Assembly: GCA_963728915.1 (NCBI GenBank)
Contig: CAVSLV010000001.1
Location: forward strand, 608,001-672,000
Source: an uncultured Gemmatimonadales bacterium
GTDB lineage: Bacteria > Gemmatimonadota > Gemmatimonadetes > Gemmatimonadales > GWC2-71-9
Reading direction: 5' to 3'
Length of the DNA: 64,000 bases
The notes beneath the pieces were generated by a model. It did not search any database, was not told the origin of the DNA, and saw nothing but the letters and a program-made list of their open reading frames with translations. The translations under genes and the position numbers were made by a program. Every line of letters starts with the position of its first letter. The stretch's first letter is position 1. This document shows positions 1-9,979 of the stretch, one piece after another.

Positions 1-955
1 TCTCCGCAGCGGCTTCGACCCGGGCCAGCGCGAGGGCCGCCTGGGCGCGGTCCCGATCCGCGAGGGCCGTGACGATGGGCCCGCGGTTCCGGTTGAACAG
101 GGGGAAGGGAATGCTCACCCCGACCGTGGGCAGGATTCCCGGCTCACTCCCTTCGGGGTCGTAGTTCTCGAATCCGGCACTGAGACTGGGAGGGCCGAAC
201 ACGTTCCGGCGCTCGGCCCGGAGCGCCAGCTCGGCGGCTTCGAGATCAGTGGTGGCGGCGGCGACCGACAGGGGTGGCTCCGACGGCACCGCGGTCCGGT
301 CGGGGGGCGGCGGCGCGAGCGAATCTGCCAGGGAGATCCGCACCGAGTCGGCGCTCTGGCCCATGATCACCTGCAATCCGAGCAGCGCGGTGAGAAGATC
401 GAGCGAATCGGTGGTGGCCGTATTGGCCTGTTGCCCCGCAAAGATCGACGCCAGCTCCACGTCGAGGTCGCTCGCGTCGCCGGCGTCGCGCCGGGCGGCC
501 GCGATTTGTCGAAGGGAATCGGCGTCCTGGGCGTTGCGACGGGAGAGCCGGGCGCGGGCCTGGGCCACCAGGGCCCGGGTATAGGCGGTATCGGCGTCGA
601 GCGCTGTCGCGGCCCGCTCGAAGCGGTACCGATAGCCGGCCGAGGTCCGTCCCGCCCGCGCCGCGCCGATCCGGGCCGAACGCTGCCAGGGGTACTCGAG
701 CGGGAGATCGAGGCTGAAGTGGTAGCGGGGAACCGACTTCGAATAGCCCGCGGAAAGCGCCGGGTTAGGGAACATCCGGGCGGTGAAGAGCTGGCCCAGT
801 GCGGCGGTGGTATCCGCGGCGGCCAGGCGGAGCCGGGCCCCCTGCGCCAGGGCGGTGGCGATCGCCTCGTGGCGGGTGATCGGGTTCGCCGGCCCCTGCG
901 CGGGACTCGATCGCACGAGTCCGAGAGCTGTTGCGAGCGGCAGAAATCGGCGCAC
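1..955 (-). CDS. TolC/CzcC-family outer-membrane efflux protein (3' end runs off the window)
   Basis: Not in the ORF track; translated by hand from GTG at 955: MRRFLPLATALGLV...ARMFPNPALS...GDASDLDVELA...VGVSIPFPLFNRNRG. Signal peptide plus OEP-repeat-like motifs; frame open to the window edge. Confidence 0.85.
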   Translation of the reverse strand, partial: MRRFLPLATALGLVRSSPAQGPANPITRHEAIATALAQGARLRLAAADTTAALGQLFTARMFPNPALSAGYSKSVPRYHFSLDLPLEYPWQRSARIGAARAGRTSAGYRYRFERAATALDADTAYTRALVAQARARLSRRNAQDADSLRQIAAARRDAGDASDLDVELASIFAGQQANTATTDSLDLLTALLGLQVIMGQSADSVRISLADSLAPPPPDRTAVPSEPPLSVAAATTDLEAAELALRAERRNVFGPPSLSAGFENYDPEGSEPGILPTVGVSIPFPLFNRNRGPIVTALADRDRAQAALALARVEAAAE

Positions 956-994
956 CGGCGCAATATAGCGGCCGGCGGTACGAGAGGGAGTTCG

Positions 995-1012
995 TTTATG
1001 AATTTGTCAGGT
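995..1012 (-). promoter_or_regulatory. Candidate transcription-factor site ACCTGACA-N5-ATAAA upstream of the tolC-like gene
   Basis: Minus strand reads ACCTGACA aattc ATAAA, followed 27 nt later by a -10-like TATATT (962-967). The same motif occurs at 6748-6765. Confidence 0.55.
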
Positions 1013-1072
1013 AGACCGGCGAGAGAGTTGCAAAGGCAACGGAAACTGCTTACTTGCCCGCAGGAGGTTCCC

Positions 1073-2092
1073 ATGTACCGACTCGTCATCATCCTTTCGC
1101 TGATCACGGCTCCCACGCTCCAAGCTCAGGAGCCCGCCCCGTACCGCATCACCCACACGTTTGTCCTGGGTGGAGAGGGTGGCTGGGATTATGTCATCCC
1201 GGATCCGCCCAATCATCGGCTCTTCATTGCCCGGCAGAACCGCGTCATGGTGGTGGACGCCACCGATGGGAGACTGCTCGGGGAAGTCACCGGGATCAAC
1301 GGCGGGCACGGTGTTGCCCTGGCCCCCCGGAGCGGACACGGCTTCGCCACCTCGGGGAACGACGCCAGCGTGGTCATGTTCGATCCGTCTTCCTTCAAGG
1401 TGCTTGGCCGGATTCCCGCCGCCGAGGATGCCGACGCCATCATCTATGACGCTCAGTCGAACCGGGTCTTTACGTTCAACGGCGACGCGCACTCGTCCAC
1501 GGTGGTGGATCCCGACGCCGGACGCTTGGTGACCAATATTCCGCTTGGCGGGAAGCCCGAGTCGGGAGTGTCGGCGGGCAACGGCAAGGCCTACGTGAAT
1601 ATCGTGGACAACGGGGAAGTGGTGGAGATCGACACCAAAGCGTTGACCGTCACCCGGCGCTGGTCCACCGCGCCATGCCGGCAGCCGGTGGCGATGGCGA
1701 TCGACACGGTGCATCACCGCCTGTTCAGCGGATGCCGCAGCGGCGTGCTGGCGGTGTCGGACTACCAGGCCGGCAAGGTGCTGGCGACGGCACCGATCGG
1801 GAGCGGGGTGGACGGCGCTGCGTTCGACCCCGCGACCGGAGATATTTTCGCCTCGAACGTGGACGGCACCCTCAGCGTCATTCACGAGGACGATCCGGAC
1901 CACTACCATGTGGTGCAGGACCTCACCACGGCACCCAGCGGCCGCAACATGGGACTCGACCCGACCACTCACAAGGTGTATGTCGTGGCGGCGAAGTTCG
2001 GGTCGGCTCCCGCGGAATCCACCGCTGCCAATCCGAGGCGGCGTCCGCCGGTCCTGCCGGGCTCCTTCATGCTGATGGTGATCGAGCGGTGA
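1073..2092 (+). CDS. YncE/YVTN-type beta-propeller secreted protein
   Basis: AGGAGG then ATG at 1073; signal peptide (MYRLVIILSLITAPTLQAQ); GGEGGWDY motif and repeated propeller blades. Confidence 0.85.
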   Translation: MYRLVIILSLITAPTLQAQEPAPYRITHTFVLGGEGGWDYVIPDPPNHRLFIARQNRVMVVDATDGRLLGEVTGINGGHGVALAPRSGHGFATSGNDASVVMFDPSSFKVLGRIPAAEDADAIIYDAQSNRVFTFNGDAHSSTVVDPDAGRLVTNIPLGGKPESGVSAGNGKAYVNIVDNGEVVEIDTKALTVTRRWSTAPCRQPVAMAIDTVHHRLFSGCRSGVLAVSDYQAGKVLATAPIGSGVDGAAFDPATGDIFASNVDGTLSVIHEDDPDHYHVVQDLTTAPSGRNMGLDPTTHKVYVVAAKFGSAPAESTAANPRRRPPVLPGSFMLMVIER

Positions 2093-3530
2093 GGGGCAGA
2101 CGGAGCACAAACACCGACCCGTCCACCGAGGAACGGGCAAGTTCGAGGCTGCCCCCATGCTCCTCGGCGATCCAGCGTGCGATGGAAAGCCCCAGTCCGG
2201 CCCCACCCGTTTCGTGGTTTTCGTTGTTGTCGTGTGAACGCGCCACATCGGCCCGGACAAACCGCTCGAAGATGTGGGGCTGGAGGTCCTCCGGAATGCC
2301 GGGTCCGGTGTCGGCCACCTCGAGCCCGTAACGCTCACCATCGGTCTGGAGGCGCACGCTGACCACGGCGCCCGCCGGGGAGTATTTGATCGCGTTATCC
2401 AGGAGATTCAGAATCAGGCGGTGCAACAAGGCTTCATCCCCGGCCAACGGTGCCTCCCCGGGGGCGTCCAGGGTCACCGTGATGCGACGACGCTCGGCCA
2501 GGGCCCGCACCGCGCGGACGCAATCCGCGAGCACCTCATCGAGATACAGCGGCTCGCGCCGAACCGGAAATTCCCCTGCGTCGGCGCTGGCAAGCAGGAA
2601 CAAGTCGTCCACGATCAGGCGCATCCGGCGACCGGCATCCCGGATGATGGACAGGGAGTCCTTGTAATCCTCGGTTTCGCGTTCCGGCCGCGAGAGCGCC
2701 AGGCTCGACTCGTGCTGGACCACCGCAACCGGGGTCCGCAGCTCATGCGAGGCATCGGCCATGAATTGGCGTTGGCGCGCGAACGCCTGTTCCAGGCGAC
2801 CGAGCAGGTCGTTGATCACGGTCGCGAGCTGCCCCACCTCATCGGCGGGATTCCCGATCGGCACCCGCTCGCTCAGGTTGGTGGCCCCGATGCGGGCCGC
2901 CCGTTCGCGCATGGTCACCATCGGCTCGAGGCTCCGGCGCGCCAGAAGGGATCCGCTCAGGCCGGCCAGGATCAGGGCGACGGGCACCGAGATGAACACC
3001 GCCCGTCGCGCCTGCGCCAGGGTTTCCTCCTCCTCGTCCAGTGACACCGCCGCCACGGCGCTGAAGCGTCCATCAGGCATGGTCACTGGGGCGATCGCGG
3101 CACGATAACCACCCTCCCGGTTCGGGAGCGTCACCACCCAGGTGTCGGTTGCTCGCTCCTGGACGGCTATCCGTCCAAGCCGTGCGACATCGAGAGGAGG
3201 AGCGGCTTCCTCATCGGCCGGTACCGGCGCCCCAGGCAGGCTGGTGGCGACGATCGATCCGGCGGAGTCGAATACCAGGAAATTGATCCGCTGAAAGTGC
3301 AGATCGTGGAGCACATCCCGGGCGGCGGCGCCCATCGTGGGCTTGTGTCTCCGCTCGGAGAGGAGCTCGGTCGTGAGATTGGAGACCGCATCGACCACCA
3401 TAGCGTCGGTGCGGGCTCGGCTGGTAGCCACGACGAACTCATAGGCGCCGGCGAGAAAGATCGTGAGCAGCACCGCGAGCATCGCGATATACCAGAGGGT
3501 CAACCGAGCCCGGACCGACGCGCGCATCAC
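2067..3530 (-). CDS. Membrane sensor histidine kinase (HAMP-HisKA-HATPase; CusS/heavy-metal-sensor-like)
   Basis: Two TM segments; H-box ADASHELRTP; N-box NLLDNAIKYS; DTGPGI; GAGLGLSIA. Confidence 0.95.
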   Translation of the reverse strand: MMRASVRARLTLWYIAMLAVLLTIFLAGAYEFVVATSRARTDAMVVDAVSNLTTELLSERRHKPTMGAAARDVLHDLHFQRINFLVFDSAGSIVATSLPGAPVPADEEAAPPLDVARLGRIAVQERATDTWVVTLPNREGGYRAAIAPVTMPDGRFSAVAAVSLDEEEETLAQARRAVFISVPVALILAGLSGSLLARRSLEPMVTMRERAARIGATNLSERVPIGNPADEVGQLATVINDLLGRLEQAFARQRQFMADASHELRTPVAVVQHESSLALSRPERETEDYKDSLSIIRDAGRRMRLIVDDLFLLASADAGEFPVRREPLYLDEVLADCVRAVRALAERRRITVTLDAPGEAPLAGDEALLHRLILNLLDNAIKYSPAGAVVSVRLQTDGERYGLEVADTGPGIPEDLQPHIFERFVRADVARSHDNNENHETGGAGLGLSIARWIAEEHGGSLELARSSVDGSVFVLRLPLTARSPSA

Positions 3531-4219
3531 TCGACCCCAGGGGCGGCGGAGAGGTCGGCGAGCAGATACCCGGCCCCCCGCCGGGTATGGATCAGCGGAA
3601 TGGAGGCTCCGCCGTCCACCTTCCGGCGCAGCCGCCCGATGTAGACCTCGAGCGCATTCGAGAACGGATCGTGATTGTCGTCCCAGACATGCGCGGAGAT
3701 CTCGGCCCGGCTAGTCACCGTTCCCGCATGGCGAGTCAGGTATTCGAGCATCGCGTATTCGGTACCGGTGAGCCGGAGGGCACGGCCACCGCGGGTCGCG
3801 GTCTGGGTGCGCGGGTCGACCACCAGGTCGCCCACTGTCAGGACCTGTGGCGCGATCGCCGGCTGGCGGCGGTGCAGCGCGCGGAGCCGGGCGAGCAGCT
3901 CCTCGAACTCGAATGGCTTGGTGAGGTAGTCGTCGGCGCCCGCGTCCAGCCCCTGGATCTTGTCCCCGAGCCGGCCGCGTGCGGTCAGCATGAGGATCGG
4001 TGCGCGGACGTCGCGGGCCCGTAATGCGCGGGCCACGTCGAAGCCGTCGCGTCGGGGAAGCATCACATCGAGGATGATGGCGTCGTACACGTTGCGAAGT
4101 CCCTGGGAGACCGCGGCCTCGCCATCCTCCACCACGTCGATGGCGTGGCTCCGCTCCCGCAGCCCCTTGCTGAGCGAACGCGCGAGCAGGGAATCATCCT
4201 CGGCGAGAAGAATCCGCAT
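3527..4219 (-). CDS. OmpR/PhoB-family response regulator
   Basis: MRILLAEDD, LDVMLP, GADDYLTKPF, winged helix IHTRRGAGY; 4-bp overlap with the kinase. Confidence 0.95.
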   Translation of the reverse strand: MRILLAEDDSLLARSLSKGLRERSHAIDVVEDGEAAVSQGLRNVYDAIILDVMLPRRDGFDVARALRARDVRAPILMLTARGRLGDKIQGLDAGADDYLTKPFEFEELLARLRALHRRQPAIAPQVLTVGDLVVDPRTQTATRGGRALRLTGTEYAMLEYLTRHAGTVTSRAEISAHVWDDNHDPFSNALEVYIGRLRRKVDGGASIPLIHTRRGAGYLLADLSAAPGVE

Positions 4220-4255
4220 CGGGGCTCAAGATACGTCGCCGGGACCGGGATAAGC

Positions 4256-6688
4256 CTACGGGATGGCCGGATCGAGCAGGGCCGGCTCCTTGGTCGGCTT
4301 GCCGAACATCCAGTTGATATTGAGGAGCAGTCCGCGGATCTTCCGCCGCCGCTCGGTCACCTGGGTGAACAGCGGGTCGATCGTGGTGTTGCGCTCGAAC
4401 CAGGTGTTGAATGGATCCGTGATCCGGAGCGTCAGGCTGAGCCGGTCGTTCACCAGCTTTTGCCGGACCGCCAGGCTGATCCGGGTCTGGCTGGCGTTGC
4501 GTCCCTGCTCGACTGTCGTCGCGCCCCGATAGACCACGATCGCCTGCATGTCGAACGTCCCCGAGAACCGGTACGACACGTTGGCCCGAGCGGTCCAGCC
4601 GAAGGTCCTCGCGTTGAGCCCCGGCCCGACGTTGGAGGCATCGCTGACCTGCCGGAACGCGCTCGCCCCGACGAACCCACTCAGCCGTCCCTGCCCGGAC
4701 AGCGCCACCGTGGCATCGGCCCCGAATGCGTCGGTGGTGGCGATGTTCGCGAACGTCCGGGTCGTCACTCCGGCACTGTCGATGCTCCGGATGCTCCGGA
4801 CCGCGTCGAGCGTATGCCGGTAGAACGGTGACAATTGCATCGTCAGCCGCTGGTGGGTTCGCTGCAGTCCCAGCTCGAACGCCCGGATGTATTCCGGTTT
4901 CAAGTCCGGGTTGCCGACCGACAGGTTGAGCGGGTCCTGATAGTGGGGGGTCGGGTCGAGCACATCGGTGTCGTCGGGGCGCCGGATCCGGGTCGAGTAG
5001 CTCAGCTTGATCTGATGACTGTCGTCGACATTCCAGGCGATCAGCCCGCTCGGGAACACGCTGTTGTAGGGGTTCGCGTAGGTCGCGCCGATGGTATTCA
5101 GGTGGAATCGGGTCGTGGCGCGCTCGACCCGGACTCCGCCCTGCATGGTGAACTCGCCGAGCTGGGCATCGAGGATGGCGTACCCCGCATTGACCACCTG
5201 GCGCCAGGTGAAATCCCGAATGCGGGAGGAATCCGGCTGATAGGACGCTTGTGCCGAATCGAAGACCTGGGTGTCCAGGGTGGTATGGATGCGGAGGAGG
5301 GATCCCTTGTAGCCCGCCTCCAGTCGCCAGTTTTTCCCCAGCGGCCGGGTGTAGTCCACCTTCAGTGATCCCTCGCGGGGACGCTCCCACGCGGTCTGAT
5401 TCTCGAGCGCCGAGGTGCCCAGCGGCGTGCCGTCGAGCGACAGGGTCCGGCCCACGATATTCCCCGGCCCGCCTTCCTGATCCCGGGTGAGGGTCAGCTC
5501 GCTCGATACCTTGTGTCCCTTGGCGGCAAAGCTGTGCCGGTACCCGAGGGTCCCTTCGAGACTCGACTCGTTGCCCTTGCCATTGGTCGTCCGGTCCGAG
5601 AGACCGGTGAGGGTTCGCGAAGCGTCGAGGTTGCGATAGGTCAGGGCATAGGTGTCTTTCTGATCCCGAGTGCTGAACAGCCCGTCCAGGGCCAGCTCAT
5701 CGTGGTCGGAAAGATCGTAATTCACGCTGCCGGTCATGGTGTGGGCCAGGGGAAGCTGAAGCCGGGTTCCGATCTCATCCAGGTAGGTGATCGGGTCGGC
5801 GTACAGGTTCTGGCGGAAGATCGTATCGCTCCGCGGGCGCCGGTCCCGGAGGAAGCCGTAGCTGCCATACAGGGTCAGCGGCCCGTGCTGGTATCCGAGA
5901 TTGGCGCCGAGGTTGATCTGGCCGGTCGTGCCGCCGGCAATGGTGAACCCGCCGCTGGTTCCAGCATCGGCGTCCTGCTTGAGCACGATGTTGATGATTC
6001 CCGCCGTTCCGGTGGGGTCTTCCCTGGCAGAGGGGTTCGGCACCACTTCGATTCGATCCACGATGCCGGCGGGAAGCTGGGCCAGAAAATTCCCCAGCTG
6101 GGCGGGCTTCATCGGGCTGGGGCGGCCGTTGATCTGCACGATTACCCCGGAGTTGCCCCGGAGGCTGATGATGTTGTCGATGTCCACGTCCACCGACGGC
6201 ACATTGCGGAGAACATCGAGCGCCGTGCCTCCCCGGGTCGTGGGCATATCCCGCACCACATAGGTGCTTCGGTCCGGAGCGAGCTGGATGTCCTGCCGCT
6301 GGCTCCGGACCTCCACGGCCTGCAGCTCGACCGCGACCGGGGTCAGCTCCACTGTTCCGAGATCCACGCCCGGGGTGGATGCATCCAGGGTGACCTGCAC
6401 GTCCTTCGCGGCATAGCCGATCGCGACAATCCGGACCCGGAAGCGCCCCGAGCCGAGGCCGGTAATGCGGAAGGTGCCGTCGGAGCCGGCCTTGGCTCGG
6501 ACCACCGGCGTCGAGCGGTCAGCGCCGGTGGCAGCTATCGTGGCAAGGCCGACCGGCGCCTGGCTCTGTGCGGCGACCACGCGTCCACGGATCTCGCCGC
6601 GGACCGGGCCTCCCTGGGCGGCGAGTTGCTGTGTGGCTGCAAGGAAAAGTATCCCGAAGAGGAACTGCAGACGCGGCGTGACGCTCAA
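4256..6688 (-). CDS. TonB-dependent receptor / outer-membrane beta-barrel with N-terminal carboxypeptidase-regulatory-like domain
   Basis: Plug motifs (DVLRNVPSV, IDRIEVVPNPSA, GIINIVLK) and GNPDLKPE. Start chosen at TTG 6688 (GGAG upstream, then a signal peptide); ATG 6724 is an alternative. Confidence 0.9.
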   Translation of the reverse strand: MSVTPRLQFLFGILFLAATQQLAAQGGPVRGEIRGRVVAAQSQAPVGLATIAATGADRSTPVVRAKAGSDGTFRITGLGSGRFRVRIVAIGYAAKDVQVTLDASTPGVDLGTVELTPVAVELQAVEVRSQRQDIQLAPDRSTYVVRDMPTTRGGTALDVLRNVPSVDVDIDNIISLRGNSGVIVQINGRPSPMKPAQLGNFLAQLPAGIVDRIEVVPNPSAREDPTGTAGIINIVLKQDADAGTSGGFTIAGGTTGQINLGANLGYQHGPLTLYGSYGFLRDRRPRSDTIFRQNLYADPITYLDEIGTRLQLPLAHTMTGSVNYDLSDHDELALDGLFSTRDQKDTYALTYRNLDASRTLTGLSDRTTNGKGNESSLEGTLGYRHSFAAKGHKVSSELTLTRDQEGGPGNIVGRTLSLDGTPLGTSALENQTAWERPREGSLKVDYTRPLGKNWRLEAGYKGSLLRIHTTLDTQVFDSAQASYQPDSSRIRDFTWRQVVNAGYAILDAQLGEFTMQGGVRVERATTRFHLNTIGATYANPYNSVFPSGLIAWNVDDSHQIKLSYSTRIRRPDDTDVLDPTPHYQDPLNLSVGNPDLKPEYIRAFELGLQRTHQRLTMQLSPFYRHTLDAVRSIRSIDSAGVTTRTFANIATTDAFGADATVALSGQGRLSGFVGASAFRQVSDASNVGPGLNARTFGWTARANVSYRFSGTFDMQAIVVYRGATTVEQGRNASQTRISLAVRQKLVNDRLSLTLRITDPFNTWFERNTTIDPLFTQVTERRRKIRGLLLNINWMFGKPTKEPALLDPAIP

Positions 6689-6747
6689 GAGAGCTCCGTT
6701 GGTCCTGGGGATGGCCGGTCCCATGGCCTCCGAAAGGTAGACGCCGA

Positions 6748-6765
6748 ACCTGACAGCCAGATAAA
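6748..6765 (+). promoter_or_regulatory. Candidate transcription-factor site ACCTGACA-N5-ATAAA upstream of the PepSY-like gene
   Basis: ACCTGACA gccag ATAAA followed 25 nt later by a -10-like TATGTT (6791-6796); matches the site at 995-1012. Confidence 0.55.
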
Positions 6766-6824
6766 AGAGGCAACGCGAGAATCGATTCGATATGTTGGAC
6801 CCGGCCTCAAGTGGGATGTCTGCC

Positions 6825-7289
6825 ATGCAACCGATCACCCCAGTACGAGCAGCGTGGCTGTTCCTCGTCGTCTGCTTTGGTGGGACAACTTTCGCGGCGG
6901 CTCAGGCGAAACCGGCGAAGCCGGCCCTGCCGCAAGCGGTGAGCAGTGCCTTTCACCAGGCCTATCCGTCGGCAACGATCCTGTCCTGGAGCCGTGAGAA
7001 GGACAACGGCAAGGTGGTCTACGAGGTCGAGAGTCGTGACGGAACCACTCGGCGTGACCTCCTGTACTCTCCCGCCGGAGAGACCCTGGAGATCGAGGAG
7101 ACCATCCCTGCAGCCGATCTGCCCGCGCCGGTGCAGGCCGCATTGAAGTCCGCTGCTCCTGGGGCCACGGTTACCCGAGCCGAACGAGTCACCCGGGGCC
7201 CGGTTGTCACGTACGAGCTTGCCATCAAGGTTGGCGGCAAAACCTCAAGCCTGGCGTTCGACCCGGATGGCAAGCCCGTGAAACAGTAA
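6825..7289 (+). CDS. Periplasmic PepSY-like (BLIP-like) two-repeat protein
   Basis: Signal peptide; two repeats LPQAVSSAF...YEVE and LPAPVQAAL...YELA...FDPDGK. Confidence 0.8.
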   Translation: MQPITPVRAAWLFLVVCFGGTTFAAAQAKPAKPALPQAVSSAFHQAYPSATILSWSREKDNGKVVYEVESRDGTTRRDLLYSPAGETLEIEETIPAADLPAPVQAALKSAAPGATVTRAERVTRGPVVTYELAIKVGGKTSSLAFDPDGKPVKQ

Positions 7290-7475
7290 GCCAGGATCGC
7301 GAAGCGGTAGACCAGCTTTCGTACCTCGTGCTCGATCGCCCGGCCTTGATGGTGCCAGTTGGGAACTTGGCCAGAGCGGATTCTCCCACTGTGAGGCAGG
7401 GATGACAGCCCCGTGGGTGTCATGTTCCCGTCCTGTCGGCTCAGTACTCTAACCCGCGAGCACTCCCCGGAACCG

Positions 7476-9077
7476 ATGACCCGTTCCGCCCGGCGACTCA
7501 TCATCAACGCAGATGACTTCGGCATCTCCGAAGGCGTCAATCGAGGCATTCTCGAAGCCCATCGAGCCGGCAGCGTCACCTCGACCTCCCTGCTCGTCAA
7601 CCTGCCCGCGTTCCGCCATGCTGTGCAGTGTGCCGAAGGCGCCCCGAGCCTGGGAGTAGGGCTGCATTTCAACCTCACCATGGGCGCGCCGGTGGCGCCG
7701 CGAAACCAGGTTCGCAGCCTCTATGACCGGCGTTCGAGCGCCTTTTTCTCCCTGCCCCGCTTCCTTGCCCACGCGCTCCGCGGAAGAATCGATCCTTCCG
7801 AGGTCGCCATCGAGTGCGACGCGCAGATCGACCGGATGCGGGCCACGGGCCGGACGATCACCCATCTCGACGCGCACCACCACGTGCACGTCCTGCCGGG
7901 CGTCTGGAAGCCGGTGCAGGCGGCCGCGCAGCGGGCCGGGATCGGGGTGGTGCGCCTTCCCTTCGAACAGCTCCACCATACCATGAGGCGGCCGGCCGCG
8001 CTCGCCGAGCAGCTTGGCTTGCGGGTTGTCTACAAGCTGGCCGGCGGGAACGGCCACCCGCGACCGGTGGACCATTTCCGCGGCAGCGCGCTGTTCACCC
8101 GGCAGGACTTCCGCACGGCCCTGCTCGAAGTGCTGAACCACCACGCGTCAGGGACCACCGAACTGATGGTGCATCCCGGCTACGCGGACGCGGAGGCGGC
8201 CTCCTGGGATCGGTACACCACCCCCCGCGAGCGCGAGCTGGCGGCGCTGCTGGATCCCGAAGTGCGAGCCCGACTCTCGGCCGGCGACTTCCAGCTCGTC
8301 AGCTTCGGGACCTTCGCCCCTGCGACGGAGCGCGCCGCACCGGCGCTACCGCGCATCAGCCTGATCATCCCCGCCTACAACGAGACCCGGCTGTTGCCCC
8401 GCCTGCTCGACTCGGTGCAGCGAGCGCGCCGGCGTTACAGCGCCGACCCGGGAGCGGTGGAAGTGGTGCTGGTGGACAACATGTCAAGCGACGGCACCGC
8501 GGCGATGGCCCGGGCGCGCGGATGCCGCACCCTGTGCGAGCAGCGGCGGGTCATCGCGGCGGTGCGCAACACCGGCGCCCGGGCGGCACGAGGCGACATC
8601 CTGGTCTTCATAGACGCGGACTCAGAGCTCCATCCGGAAACCTTCACCCGCATCGCGGCGGCGCTGGACAGCGGCACCGTAGTGGGCGGCGCCACCCGCA
8701 TCACCATGGACCGCTGGGGAGCGGGGATCGGGGTCAGCTTCGCCCTGCTCTCGCTCTGGTCGCGGGTGACCGGGTGGGATACCGGCGCGGTCTTCTGTCG
8801 CCGCGAAACTTTCCAGGCCGTCGGCGGCTTCGACGAGGAACTGGTCTTCGCGGAAGACCTCGCCTTCTACAAGGCGCTATGCCGGTTCGGCGCGCCCCGG
8901 GGACAGCGCTTCGTACGACTGCGGGGTGCCCGCGCGGTTACCTCGGCCCGCAAGTTCGATCAATTTGGTGACTGGGGCTGGCCGCTCGCCAACGCCAGAA
9001 TTCTCTGGCTCGCCCTGATCCGCTCGCCCCGCGCCCGGCGTCACATCGAACGGCACTGGTACCAGGCGAGGGATTGA
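7476..9077 (+). CDS. Fusion of YdjC/ChbG/HpnK-family deacetylase and family 2 glycosyltransferase
   Basis: N-half: LIINADDFG, GLHFNL, HLDAHHHVH, ELMVHPG. C-half: ISLIIPAYNE, VDNMSSDGT, FIDADS, FAEDL, TSARKF. Confidence 0.9.
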   Translation: MTRSARRLIINADDFGISEGVNRGILEAHRAGSVTSTSLLVNLPAFRHAVQCAEGAPSLGVGLHFNLTMGAPVAPRNQVRSLYDRRSSAFFSLPRFLAHALRGRIDPSEVAIECDAQIDRMRATGRTITHLDAHHHVHVLPGVWKPVQAAAQRAGIGVVRLPFEQLHHTMRRPAALAEQLGLRVVYKLAGGNGHPRPVDHFRGSALFTRQDFRTALLEVLNHHASGTTELMVHPGYADAEAASWDRYTTPRERELAALLDPEVRARLSAGDFQLVSFGTFAPATERAAPALPRISLIIPAYNETRLLPRLLDSVQRARRRYSADPGAVEVVLVDNMSSDGTAAMARARGCRTLCEQRRVIAAVRNTGARAARGDILVFIDADSELHPETFTRIAAALDSGTVVGGATRITMDRWGAGIGVSFALLSLWSRVTGWDTGAVFCRRETFQAVGGFDEELVFAEDLAFYKALCRFGAPRGQRFVRLRGARAVTSARKFDQFGDWGWPLANARILWLALIRSPRARRHIERHWYQARD

Positions 9078-9078
9078 G

Positions 9079-9978
9079 ATGCTCGCCGTGCTGCTGCTGC
9101 TCGCGGTGGGAGGCGACACCGGCCGGACCGCGCGGGTGGTGGTGGCACCGGGTGAATCGCTCTACGTCGCCACCGCCGGGCGGGGCGAACCGGTGGTGCT
9201 GATCCCGGGCTTCTTCGGTGCTGCGTTCGGATTCCGCAAGCTGGTGCCCCTGCTGGTAGACGCGGGTTATCAGGCGACGGTGGTGGAGCCGCTCGGCACC
9301 GGCTGGTCGAGCCGACCGGCCCACGCGGACTATTCCTTCATCGCGCAGGCCGACCGCATCGCCGCGGCGCTCGACTCATTTGGCATCCGCCGAGCTTTGG
9401 TGATCGGGCACGCGGTGGGTGCCGCCATGGCCTTCCGGCTGGCCTACCGGCGCCCCGACCTGGTGGGGGCGCTGGTCTCGCTGGAAGGGGGCCCGACCGA
9501 GCGAGTAGCGACGGCGGAATTCCGGCGTGGCTCACAGTTTATCCCGTGGATCAAGCTGTTCGGAGGGATCACGCTGATGCGGCGGATGGTGCGCCATACT
9601 CTGGTGGCCGCGTCGGGCGACGACTCCTGGATCACCGACAGCGTAGTGATCGGCTACACCGCGGGTGCCGCCGCGGATCTCGATGGGACCCTGAAGAGCT
9701 ACCTGGCCATGGCCGACGCGCGGGAGCACGATCGCCTGGAGCCGCACCTGCGGGAAATCAGCTGTCCGGTCCGTCTGGTGCTGGGAGGGGCCCGGCACGA
9801 CGGCGGGCTCGCGCCGGCGGAAATCGTGGAGCTGCAACGTTCCCTTCCCGCATTCGCCCTGGACAGCATTCGGGGATCGGGACACTATCTCCAGGAGGAA
9901 CAGCCCGAGGCCCTCATGCCGATTCTGGAACGGGCGCGCATTGCGGCCGGCCTGCCGGCACCCGAACGCGTGCGCTGA
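9079..9978 (+). CDS. Alpha/beta-hydrolase fold protein (nucleophile elbow GHAVG, Ser replaced by Ala)
   Basis: VVLIPGFFG, PLGTGWSSRP, IGHAVGAA, GSGHYLQEEQPE; starts 1 nt after the upstream stop. Confidence 0.8.
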   Translation: MLAVLLLLAVGGDTGRTARVVVAPGESLYVATAGRGEPVVLIPGFFGAAFGFRKLVPLLVDAGYQATVVEPLGTGWSSRPAHADYSFIAQADRIAAALDSFGIRRALVIGHAVGAAMAFRLAYRRPDLVGALVSLEGGPTERVATAEFRRGSQFIPWIKLFGGITLMRRMVRHTLVAASGDDSWITDSVVIGYTAGAAADLDGTLKSYLAMADAREHDRLEPHLREISCPVRLVLGGARHDGGLAPAEIVELQRSLPAFALDSIRGSGHYLQEEQPEALMPILERARIAAGLPAPERVR

Positions 9979-9979
9979 G

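Noticed and set aside
7290..7475. Possible small minus-strand ORF or remnant between the PepSY and YdjC genes
   Set aside because: The frame runs antisense through both neighbours, with no RBS or recognisable motif.
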